From NCBI GenBank assembly GCA_001179505.1, contig CDMY01000007.1, positions 124,001 through 188,000 on the forward strand: 64,000 nucleotides of DNA, read 5' to 3'. The position numbers were made by a program, and so were the translations under genes. Shown in pieces: positions 24,411 to 36,100 of the stretch; the stretch's first letter is position 1, and each line of letters opens with the position of its first letter. Source of the DNA: Vitrella brassicaformis CCMP3155 (lineage: Eukaryota; Protista; Chromerida). Below the pieces are notes generated by a model that saw only the letters and a program-made list of their open reading frames with translations, searched no databases and was not told the origin of the DNA.

Positions 24411-25592
24411 TCACGAGACCCGCCGCAAGACGTACACATTCTCTGGCATGGCCGAGGCGTCGGGTTGCTGCCTCGATCCCCGTGCCCAGAGTATCCTGTA
24501 GTCATCATCCAGATATGTCATCCGCCAGTCGCCGACATTCTGGGGGGGGAGGCGCCATCAACAGGAAGCAAAACACGATTGGGCATATCAGGTTACTGCG
24601 ATCTTTCTTTCCTCTCCTCACCTTGAGCTCGTTCTTGGCCAGGGGTATGCCGAACACTCTAAAGCCAATATTCTGAAACTTGACGCGCCACCTGTTGGGC
24701 CCCAGCACGTCCCACGACGCCTCGAGAAAGGCCTGCAGGCAGGAACAGGACAATCGCACAAACACAAGATGAGGAGCCAGCCATGTGTGAAGCTTGAAGG
24801 TCTCTTGACCCACCTGCACTGGGCCGATATCGACGTAGTTGATGTACACGTCGCTGTCCATGTCGATCATCTGCCACAAACCAACACGACAGACACGGAC
24901 AGACATTCACACGACGTGAACGAACAGCACTATGAGCTGGGGATGGATGGATGAAGGGATGGATGGATGGACACGCAGATCACCCACCTGTGTGACATCT
25001 CCTACGAAGGGTCCCAGCTTGCCGGCACTGCTGCCCGGCGTCGTCGTGTACACCAACCTCCACAACCCATTCAGCCTCTTGGACCTGATGGATTGATTGA
25101 AACACACCCATCCCATCCAGCTGCTGCGTTCATGCCATGCACGCGGCTCCTTTCCAGCGTCCTCACTGTGCTGCTGCCTTGATAGGCGATGAGCTCTCCA
25201 GCTGCTTCACCAGCGACAAGATCTTCTCCCTCTCCGCCTGCCAAGAAAGACACACACTCACACACATCAACACAGGCGGCCACCAAGATGCAGCCAGCGA
25301 GTGCACACACCTTTGCAGTGCAGTGGCTCTTTCCCTCTCACTGGCTCACCGGCGTCACTTTGATGCCGTTGTCCTTGCCTTTGGCTATCCTCCCAATCTC
25401 CCTCTTGAGCGAGGCAGCGTCCACCGATGGCTTAAAGATGTTCGTAAGCATCTGCGGGCTCAGTCGCCTTGCCGTTCGTCTGCTCAGTGGTCTTGACAGT
25501 GTTGGTGAGCTACTGAGAGGCGAAGCAGGGCTCCGAAACGCATCGCACACGGCCGAGAGCGCCAGTGAGATCAGCGGCAGGAAGATCAACAT
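24411..25592 (-). CDS. PAP/fibrillin-family plastid lipid-associated protein with a bipartite targeting leader
   Basis: MLIFLPLISLALSAVCDA-FRSPASPLSSSPTLSRPLSRRTARRLSPQM leader, then REKILSLVKQLESSSP, KRLNGLWRLVYTT, RWRVKFQNIGFRVFG and GDWRMTYLDDDYRILWARG...NVYVLRRVS*. The start could instead be an in-frame Met about 30 nt upstream. Confidence 0.88.
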
Positions 25593-25809
25593 GTGGCAGA
25601 GATCTGCGAAGAGGTGCTTCATTTCGTTGCAAACACTTCTTTTGCAGCTGCGGGACATTCCGTGAAACCGCTCGCTCGGAGACCGCCGTCGCCCCTTTTC
25701 CCGTCTTCCCTCCGCCGTCCGCTGCTTCATTCAGGCTGTCACACTCAGATCCCTTCGTTTTGATCAAAAGCACTCATTTCGTCTCATTCGTGTGTGACCC
25801 GCACTCAAG

Positions 25810-28033
25810 ATGCAGAACGGCACAGTGAAGGACGAGAGGTTGTTCAACTTCTCTGCAGGTGCGCACAGGCACAGATCCATCATGAAACAGCCTCGCTTGC
25901 AAGCTGCCTGCCTGTGCTGATTCATGCATTGCTTTCGCATCTGGTGTGTGTGTGGTTCAGGTCCCTGCATGCTGCCTGTGGAGGTGCTGCAGGAGTGCCA
26001 GGACCACATGATGAACTGGAACGGATCCGGCATGGGCGTCATGGAAATGGTACGCTGGTGCACCAGGCCGTTGCCGTCCGGTCTGCCTGATTCACACACG
26101 TGTTGCGTGTCACGTGTATGCAGTCGCATCGCGGCAAGGAGTTCGTGTCCATCTACAACCAGACCGTGAGCGACCTGCGCGACATCCTCCAAGTGCCGGA
26201 CTCCCACTCGCTCTTCTTCATGCAAGTAAGTGGGCTCAAACACAAACAAGGGGGCTGGGCTGCTGCACTGCATGGTGCAATCAATACGACACCGCATCCA
26301 TCGCATATATCGGTGAACATCCTATCCTCTGCAGGGCGGAGCGACGACGCAGTTTGCGTCCGTGCCTCTGAATCTGCTCAAGGAGCCGTCCAATGCAGCT
26401 GACTATGCCGTCACCGGGTAACCAACGAGCAAGCCATTTGGTGTGCACGGGCGACTGTCTGTTCGTCTGAGTGCAGTTCTTGGGGCGACAAGGCCTTCAA
26501 GGAGTGCCAGAAGTACGGCAAGGCCAACAAAGGTGACTGACAACTGACACCGTACACCACAGAGAGCATCGCCTCTTTTTCGCTTTGTTGGGTTTCTTTC
26601 TGGCCGCCAGTGTGCGACACCAAGTCGTCCAACTACACCTTCATCCCTCCAGTGTCAGAGTGGAAAGTCAACCCAGGTACGCAAGACACCACACCCACAA
26701 TGGGGCCATTGGATAAGACGCTCATCTTCGCACTGCCCCTTTTGTTTTGCTCGCAGAGGCCTCGTACCTGCATTACTGCGCCAATGAGACGGTCAGGATG
26801 GCGGCGCAGCAGAAATGGAATGGCGGATCTGAAGTATGTTTAGTGCATCTGTCTGTGTGTGTGTGCAGATCTACGGCGTGGAGTTCAAGTCGACTCCCGA
26901 CGTCGGTCTGCCCCTCGGTCAGCAACCAACGCTGCGTTGCATTGTGCGTCTAGACCTGCGATGGTCTGTCTGTTCAGTGTCTGATATGTCATCGAATTTC
27001 TGCTCCAAGCCCATCGAAGTCAGCAAACACACACTCATCTATGGTGAGTGAGCACCGACCGATGAGCAGCTTTCCTTTCATGAACTGGATGGTTCCGTGT
27101 GTCATCCATCAGCCGGCATCCAGAAGAACCTGGGCCCTGCTGGCGCTGCAGTCGTCATCGCCGACAAAGCATGCCTTGGTGAGTGAGTGAGTGAGTGACG
27201 CACTCTTGCGCACACAATGTGGCTCGTGTCGGTCGGTTGTCCAGGCAACGCCAAGTCCATCTGCCCGACTCTGTTGGACTACAAGACGATGTCTGACAGC
27301 GAGTCGATGTACAACACGCCGCCCTGCTGGTCCATCTACGTCGTCGGTGAGCTGAGATGAACGGCAGGTGCACTGCACTCCATCCCCTGCTGCTGGTGTG
27401 GCATGTGTGCCAGGTCTGATGGCGAAGTATCTGAAGGAGAAGGGCGGGCTGGCATTCTGGAAGGAATGGAGCGAGAAGAAGGCCAAGATCCTCTATGACG
27501 CCATCGACGGCTCAGATGGTACGCCACGCCCACACAATCACTGCTGGTCGTATGTGCTGCTCACTCACCCATGCTGGTGTTATGCAGGTTACTTCATCTG
27601 CCCCACTGCCAAGGACTGCCGCTCAAACATGAACATCCCATTCAGGGTAAGCTACACACATGTCCACCAAAGGTGTGTCCATTTGCTTTCGGCTCCGTCA
27701 GGTTGGTCGCGGCGACGAGGCCCTGGAGAAGAAGTTCCTCGAAGAGGGAAAGAAGCACAAACTCGTCACACTCGTAAGACACGACGAGCAGACAACGCAC
27801 GCGCATTGCGAGGAAGAGACTGCCCATGAGTGTGGTATGCGTGCAGTCGGGGCACCGCACGGTGGGTGGCTGTCGAGCCTCGCTCTACAACGGCATGCCC
27901 ATCGAGGGAGTGGAGACGCTCGTCTCGTTCATGAGGGTAAGTGAGAGAGCCACGTCACCCGACGTGGTGATGGAAGCATAACTGGGCACGTCTTTGGCGT
28001 CTGCAGGAGTTCCAAGAGGCCAACCCGGAATGA
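25810..28033 (+). CDS. serC: Phosphoserine aminotransferase, 16 exons
   Basis: FNFSAGPCMLP; MEMSHRGKEF; [17 protein letters not shown]; DYAVTGSWGDKA; HYCANETIYGVEF; [10 protein letters not shown]; PLP-lysine motif [11 protein letters not shown]; [12 protein letters not shown]; RSNMNIPFR; [14 protein letters not shown]. All 15 introns are GT-AG. Confidence 0.98.
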
Positions 28034-28570
28034 GAGAGACTGCGTAGCTGACTCGTGTCTCTTCGTAGTTGATCGTGTTGATTTGTAGCTGTCGTAGGCC
28101 ACAAAGTGCTGCTGCATGTGTGTGTGTGGTGCACTCTTTTTGACGTGCCGATTTTGTGCACAAGGTGATGCAGCTAGCTGCCTATCGCTCCCTACTCGGG
28201 TGGGGTGGTGCGAGCAGCCTCTCGTGGGGCTCAGCTCCAGGCGTGTGCATGCACATTTTTGCCAGGTTCCTCCCTAGACGAGCCACAGTGTCTTTTGACA
28301 TACATGCGTGTCCACAGTTGGTTGACTTCCCTTTGTCTGCATGCCGACTTCGCCATTAACGTCTCTAGGAGATGGATACATGAATGAATCGAATACACGT
28401 ACGCATCGATGGCGCGTAGAGCCGCTTAGGCCCCCCCTCCCTCCCACCAATAAGATAAAGTACCCCACCCCACACAGTGGATAAACATACTCACCGAGGG
28501 GAAGCATGATTCAGTAGATAGATACGCGCTGAATAAGGCAGATAGATAGCCAAGCTAGAGAAGAAAGCGC

Positions 28571-29218
28571 CTATTCCTTTTCTGTTGCCGCTTTGGGGTC
28601 GCCGTCCGCCACTTCGGCTGGTCTCGTTGGCACCAATTTCTCCTCGATGACGGTCTTTAGCTGATTGAGTTCCTCTTCCAGTCTCTGCATGACCCACCCA
28701 AAGAGGGGAAGGGAAGGGGGTTTGGGAGCCTGCAGGCTGTCGACCCTTGGGGCTCACCTTTCGCTTCTGTCTCTCTTCTTCCAACTCCTGGCGCAAGGCA
28801 GCCATGGACGACTGTCTGCAGTGCAGAAAGGGTGAAGTAAGTTGTGCACCGACAGCAGTGCCAAGGCTGCCCCTCACCTTCTAGACGAGACGTTGCTGCT
28901 CTGCTCCCCAGAAGTCACTGATGAGGCCGTCCGGGCGTGCCGGTTGACGCTCGAGGGCGTCTTCGGCTTGTCCTCTTGGGGGACAGAGAAACTCGTGACT
29001 TCGAAGGGATTCAACGTGCTGCCGCGAAAGCCCATAAAGCTGCTCCCCTCACTGAAACGGCAGAGCAACATCAGAGGCAGAACAGGCAGTGGTCTGTGAT
29101 GTGTCGCGGTCGCCTACTTTCTTCCCACAGGATGGCTCAGCCGATGCAACAGTGCGGTCTCCTCTCGCATGATTCTTCGTCGCCACTGCTGAGCAAGCTG
29201 TGTGGGGTCCCAAGTCAT
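28571..29218 (-). CDS. Small hypothetical coiled-coil protein (~150 aa), 4 exons
   Basis: Canonical splicing gives MTWDPTQLAQQWRRRIMREETALLHRLSHPVGRNEGSSFMGFRGSTLNPFEV...RQSSMAALRQELEEERQKRKRLEEELNQLKTVIEEKLVP...ATEKE*. Confidence 0.7.
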
Positions 29219-29315
29219 CGCGAGGAACTCTATGCTCCAACTTAGTAGTAACTTGAAGGCCGGAGCGCGCTTGAGCCCCCCAAGTCGCCCCCAGTCTCTT
29301 TTTGGGGGAAGCGAC

Positions 29316-32300
29316 ATGTCCGACGAGAGGAAACACACACACCAGCAGCCGCCCGACCTGGATCTCCTTTATCAACTGCTGACAGAGAAATATACCGCAA
29401 GCACCGTCGACAGGTACGAGGACACTTGGGCTGTTGGGTGCGTTACTTGACTCGAGGTCTCTTACGCTGCAGGCATGTAGAATCTGTGACGCGGTACGCC
29501 GTCTACCTCGAAACAAGAGGAGGTAAGGAACGAATGGCAACCATGACTTCGGGCCCATGTGTGCGGTTTGGTTGGGTGGCACTGCAGGTCTGCCGCTGAG
29601 TCATCTTACAGCCGCCGTGCGCCTACTGGAGGTTGTTATATCGCGATACTTGGGCGGGCAGGCCTGCTGGCTGCCGGTGCTGCTGCGGATCATCGCGGTG
29701 TCAGGCAGGGCCCTCCTGTTGGAAAAAGCATCAGGTGCGAACATTCACACACAATCGATTGATTCCCCAAACCCCTGTGGCACTATGGACGCCATTTTGT
29801 CTCAGATCCGCTGACTCATGGGTACACGAGCAGAGCCAATGAAGACATACGCTCTGATGCTTTGACGATGTATGGCTTCACAGCGCCGCTGTTCCGTCTT
29901 ATTTGACGACGGTCGCCCTCCCGTTGGAACTGTAAGGACAGAGGACGCACGTGCAGATGTGCATTCGTACAGCGCGCGTCTCCTTATGCCTTGCAGGGGC
30001 ACCGCGAAGAGCGGTATTGAAAGGCGACCTCTTGACGAGGAGGCCTACCATGCGATTTGGCGGCTATATGCCTCGCTGGCGCTGTCTCCTGGTGGCGAGA
30101 CACCTGACGGAAAGAAGGCGCTGAAGCGTGCCCAGGCCTTCCAAGCGTTCGAAAAGACAGATGTCATCCAATGGGTGGGCAAGCGGCGATCGAAAGTGGG
30201 TGAGAGGAAGGCCGATGGCTCTTTGCGTGTTCGTGCCAGGCGTCTCGTGAGCTCGATCGGCAGGCCCCCCGATGTGTCTTGACGGAGGTGCTGGAAGTGT
30301 TGCGGGCGCTGTCCACCAGCAAGTAAGACCTGATAGGGCCACTGAGTCCTGCATATACACTGTGTGCGCCTCTCTTGCAGGGTTTTCTGTCAGCGGATGA
30401 CCGAAGGGGTGCGGGTTTTGCTTCATTTTGGCTGACACCTTGCCATCTTCTGTCCCTCTGGCTGCAGGACGTCCTTCAGAAGCTTCTTGTCCTGATCCGG
30501 GATATGTGTGAGGCCGGGTCTACGGAGGGAGTGGCTCAGATCGCGCTCGAGGCAACATGGAATGTGATTGTTTTGGAGGAGCAAGCAGCCAGCAAGGTCA
30601 GCCCGCACGTGTGTCCCGCTTGTGAGAGTAAACTCGCGTCTCTGTGCGTTAATCTTGTAGGTGCTGAGTGAGAGTGCGTCCCTCCATTCCATTAAGGGCA
30701 TCTTGCACCGGCTAAGAGAGCTCAAGGGCAGTCCGGCAAAGGTGTTCAGGAATGAAATCCTACTCATCGCGCTGCTTGTCGCCAAGATGAGGGCAGACAA
30801 GGTGGCGCAGTCCTCACTGGTCTCTCTGCTGCTGAATATGCTTGTTGACGGGTGAGCAAGAGAACGAAGTGGCTCTGTCTCGCGTGTGTATCCTGTGTCT
30901 CTCTTATCAGTCTGCCCTTTGAAGCCAGTGAAGAGGAGTTGAAGAAGGAAACTCATGGTCAGTCGAATATACATGTCTGTCCGCACTTTGTCTGTCAGTA
31001 CCCCGTGCTTTCCTTCTGCAGATTTGATATGGCTGATTGTCATCGAGTGTTCGGGTGAGGGGTACGATTGCACACCCCTTCATGCATCATGCCATGTCGT
31101 CGCTTTCCATTTGTGCAGGTGCGTGTGCCCACTTTCCGTCCACCCGACAGCATCTGACGGAGGCCCTGTCATCTCTCATCGCCAAAGGCACTGCGCCGGG
31201 GGCTGCGTGGGCATGTCTCAGCGGCCTGCTCTCCTCCAATTGCGAGTTGCAAGCATCCATGAAGTCGCTCGTGGGTGAGGCGCTGAAGCAGCTCGCCAGC
31301 GGACACACAGACATTGAAAGAGTGCTCACGTTCCTCTCTGCGGTGAGCACACCTGACCTGATTGTGCGTATGTTAAGAACAAATGCGTGTTTGCAGGTCG
31401 GCAAAGCGCGCCCGGAGGATCTTACGAGCAGAGGTAGAACACACATATGAAAGAGGGGCGTGGGAGTGCCACTCGCCCCTGTCGGTGTAGTCAGACTCTG
31501 AGATCCTCGACACGTTGACGACTACACTGGCTACATGCACTGGTACTCACCCATCAACTTGCGAGTGATTACCGTTTTTGGGTATTCTTTGTGCCAGGGG
31601 AGTTGGATGAGAGGGATATGCGCTGCTCCACGATTGCGCTCTTTGTCGTGTCGTGTGTGTGCTCCGACAACACGGCCATGAAGAACCACTTCAGGCATTT
31701 AGGCGGGCTGCAAATCATCTCAGCGATGCTCAAGTAAGGAAGTCCCGTGGTGTGTGTACGCCTGCATGTCTGTGTCTCCCAGGTCATTGATACTGCGAGG
31801 CCTGTCGAAAGGCGGGCAGCTCAAGCGCACAGAGGAACTGTTCCTGCTCAGGTATTCTTTATATCCCTGGGCCTCACACAGAGGCATGTCTTCTCTCCTG
31901 TCTCTCTCGCCAGCGTCCTCGAGTGTGTCAGAAAAGTGGTGGTCGGCCACAAGTAAGGCCAACCGGAACGGCACTGCGCACATTGATATGGGTCGCCTGT
32001 ACGGTGATGCAGGCGGAATGAGGAGCGTTTCGTGACGGACGGTGTCGTGTATATCCTCCTGGACATGCTAGAGGTGAACTGACGTCTCCATTTTCCATTG
32101 TTCGCTGTTGAATCGATTGCCGCCTCTCTGAGCAGTCGTCTCTGAACAACCAGTCGGCCGTATGCGACATGCTATTGCGGACCCTGGCGGACGTAATCGC
32201 TACCAAGTATGTGTATTTTCGCACACAAATACGCGTCTCATAAAAATGCCACGCTTCACTTGTCTTTTTGATGTGTCAGTGAGGACTGCGCTCTTCAGTT

Positions 32301-33123
32301 TGTTCAGTGGAACTCAGCCACTATCCACTCGCCGCGTGGGGCCGTGCAGATGCTGCTCGAGACCGTGCGCAAGATGGGCGAAAGGCCTGCAGTCGAAAGC
32401 CCCCTTATGGCCAATGTTTACGCTGTCTGCGGTAAGCGCAGAGTGTTTGGACACAAAGCGCATCAACAATTGTTTCCTTTACTTTTGGCAGAGACGCTCA
32501 CGAGCGGGTTCGAGTCCTTTGACAAGGTTGTGGAATTGGAGGGCGACAAAGACATGAACATGGTCAAATCGTACACCGACCAATGGTAATCCACCCAATG
32601 GTCTCTTTGCTCTTCCTTGTGTTGGAAGCTCTCGACGTGGCTGTTTTGTTGGTAGGAGCGTTGACGCGTGGACGGATGTTGAGAGGTTGTGTGACCCATT
32701 TATGACCTCCATGGACAGGCAGTGGCTGACAGAACAAAGAGGGGCGCTGCAAATGAGGGTGCATGCTTGATCGACTCGGCATAAAAATATGTATGCGGCA
32801 CAAGATGTGTAAGTGTACGTATAAATCATGGAATGCAGGTTTCGGAGAGAACACACTTTCAAGGCGACAGGCAACAAAACAGAAGACAAAACTCTGCCTG
32901 GAGGAGCACAAAAAACAAGGTCTTCTGCGAATGTCCTATTGTCCAGTGTCTCAGAAAAAGAGAGATGTCATGGTTGGCTGACGTAGGCACCTCACCACAT
33001 CTCTCGCACCTACTCTACGGTACAGCCTGTTCCCCACCCTGGTGTATCAGACAGCACAATAGTGACTCATTGTCCTCCGGGTTGAAACGTCACTGTCGCC
33101 AATCCCATATAGCTAGAAGATAG
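29316..33123 (+). CDS. CFAP69: ARM-repeat cilia/flagella-associated protein, CFAP69-like (3' end uncertain, about 32981-33123)
   Basis: N-terminus DLDLLYQLLTEKYTASTVDRHVES...LPVLLRIIAVSGRALLLEKAS, the internal NEERFVTDGVVYILLDMLE, and the late VKSYTDQWSVDAWTDVERL resemble CFAP69 motifs as I recall them. The ARM-like helical exons are joined by short introns. Confidence 0.7.
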
Positions 33124-36100
33124 AAGACCACTCGGGTCTTGTCCTATGCCGTCCATGCCAATGCCGTTCGACGCGAGACAGGGATTTCTCCTTCGCATCT
33201 GCGAGACACGGATTTGCAATAAGGAAGCTGACACTTTTCTTCCACTTTGTTGTCTTTCGCCTGTTCTCGGTACCGCTTCAAGGAACTGCAAAGAGAGGAG
33301 ACACGAAAGGGGGAGCTGTTCGAGTGGAACCCCTCGTCTCAAAACATGCGACCGATCTTTACCTTTTGCGGGTGCGCTGGATCATTCAGTTTCCAGTCGT
33401 TCGCCGGCGAGCAGACAGGAGTCTGTGAGAGTCGAAGTCTGAAGTCATCTCTGACGGCAATATCGGCAATGCCTGGATCACAATGACACCGAAGCGACTC
33501 TTGCTTTCCAATTCTTTGATGCCCATTTATTCGGCTTCTCTTTCAATTACTGTATGGTATCGATTTCAATGCGTTCCCCCTCAGGTCAAGCTCACGCAAG
33601 TGAGTCATTCTTCCCACACAGTCTGGAATCTTCTCTATCTTGTTGGCAGCTGAAGGACATTTGATTGCCATGAGCCAGCCACTCAGCCATATGTGCCGTA
33701 TCTGTTACCTGCATACGTGAAGGTAAGCTGAGTGTCACACCATTCGGGCGGCAGCTCGGTCACTCCAGTCCTATGCCAGATGATTGCCTTTAAGAACAAT
33801 TGCTTATGCACGTCAGGATTGATGCGCGTAACCTGATGAGCACAGGAAAGGATCGGTGAGATCGCCAAGCCAGTAGATCTGACAGCCTGGGCTCACATTC
33901 ATGTTGAGTGGCCCATCCAGAGCGAAGTCAATGCCGATCCCCTGTCCAGGCACAAACATGGCACTGCTTTTGTATTCTCATTTGGCCTTTCGCCCTCCTG
34001 GTCACCTCTAGCGTAGAAAACGATGAAATTGACTCATCGAGCAGCTCACCCTCGTCGAACCTCCTCGTCAACACATATCTGCAAAACAGCAAGGAGAACA
34101 GCTTTGTTTGTGCGTCAGACAGGCAGGCCGCAAAAGACAAAGACCGACTGACCTGCAATTACATGGATGCCAGTCTGGCTCCAGCCCACACGGACAGCAC
34201 ACAGGCGGTGTAAGAGACACGGTCAGAGAGGGACGAGGATGGGTCGGTACCTGTCCGGAACGTGTTGCCAAATGAGGGAAAAGTACGCCAGCCGCAGAGA
34301 TGCCAGCCTCGAATTTCAGCACACACCCATGATGCTCTGGTGCGTTGACAAATGGAGAAGATCCAGACGCTCCAACAAAGAATACACCATATCTACGTGT
34401 AGGCAAACGTAGACAGACATGCTGTCAGTAACGTCATGTCTTGCTCACGATTGACAAGCGGAAAGCCAGGCTGCGGTCATATGCTATCCAGTCCCTGTGC
34501 GTGAAGCGGCGCGCAGCCACGCTCAATATGCTGGATGTGCGCACACTCGCGCTCGTAATGAGAGCTGACGGACAACAAAGGGAAGGTGAGGTACACGAGG
34601 AGGTGAATCACTTTCCTAGCCAAAGATACCTTGGATAGACCAGACTGGAGTCCCTTTAGTCTCCTCCTCTCCATCCGTCATTGTACTCAGCGCGCGAGGT
34701 GGGCGAAAGAAGGTACTCAAGATGCTCATTCGTTGTCGAGATGGGAGAGGGCCAATCCTCACGCCTTTCGTTGTCGATCTCTGAGGGGGAAGCGGGATCT
34801 CCCCACTCGCTGACCGAATAATGAACGAATCTATCAGTCTGTGCATGGGTGCGCTCCTGATTACCTATCGCTGGTATAGCTGGGGGAGTCAGTCGGCGTC
34901 TCATAGGGCTGGCATCTGGTGTCTCTGCTGTCTCTGGTGTAGTCGTGTCTTCGCCAGATGCGTCTTTCTCAGTTGTGTTCTTATCGTCCGCAGATGGCGG
35001 ATTCTGTGACACTCTCCTCGATTGCATGGACCTGATCCTCCTCACGCCATCAATGGGGGCTGTGGTAGTTGCTGATTCTGGCGACTCCGCATCTGGCGAC
35101 TCTGCATCGGAGTCGATCACCTCGTTGATTTCATGATCGATGCCGGTAATGATTGACAGTTGCGACACCAGACGCTCCGGGACGATCTGAAGATCGGGAT
35201 TCAATGCACAACAACCATGATCATGGATTGCTTATGGCCTGCAGCTGTTGGTTGCATACCTTATTTCGCACATTCGCCAGGCCCGCGAGTAAGGAGCTCC
35301 TCCGCCTGCCTGCTTGGACGATTGATTGGCGCGTGCGGGGCGTGCGGGCCTCGGTATTCGATTCTCTCCTCCCTGCATTCGATTCTCGTTTCCCAAACGT
35401 GAATGTCCTGCGACTTGGCGATGACGAATGCCGCCCTGTCAATGGCGACAGGTCTTGTTGGTCGATGACGGGTGAGGTGAAATCCTGTGTCGCAGCAACT
35501 CGGGTCGAAAACGACAAGCGTCGAGCGGTATTCTTGGCAGGCGAGACATCAGTGTTTTCATGCGGCTCTTTCACGGCACTCTCGAGCTCAACCTCCGGCG
35601 ACGCGCCATCGAAAAGCTCGTCTTCTCTGATGATGCGCACATCTGCCTCTGCCTCGCTGCGATGACTCGGCGAGCTCGACAAAGAGACATCATAAAGCCT
35701 CTCCATGACGACCGGAGCGAAGCTGGTCCTCCGTGGGGGAGGTTTGGATCCTGACGGCGTTCTTGATGAGCGCTCCTTGTGTGTTGGGCTCTCTGTCTCC
35801 TCGTCTTCTGGCGAGTGAGCCTCCTCTTCTGGCTCCGAACCGTTTTGTTGCTCCGGCTCCTCTATGTCTTCGAAGGCCTCTTCCGTCCGATGGTAATGGA
35901 ATCGCTTTGCCGATTGCACCCTCCGCATGTACTCCGCTTTCTTGCGGTAGTCGTAGTAGCCCTGAAGGAGACGGACTGTCCTATGCAATGTGTGCATCGG
36001 AAGCTCTGTCATGCCTTCCCCGTTTACTCACCTTGAGGATCAGAAGGGCATCCAATGTCCGTAGACCCCAGAGAGCAGTAAGCAGAGGCATGACGGAGGT

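Noticed and set aside
29315-29318. Single CATG providing overlapping start codons for CFAP69 (+) and the coiled-coil gene (-)
   Set aside because: The minus frame is open from here, but the first 33 codons look non-coding. The ATG at 29218 is the more plausible start.
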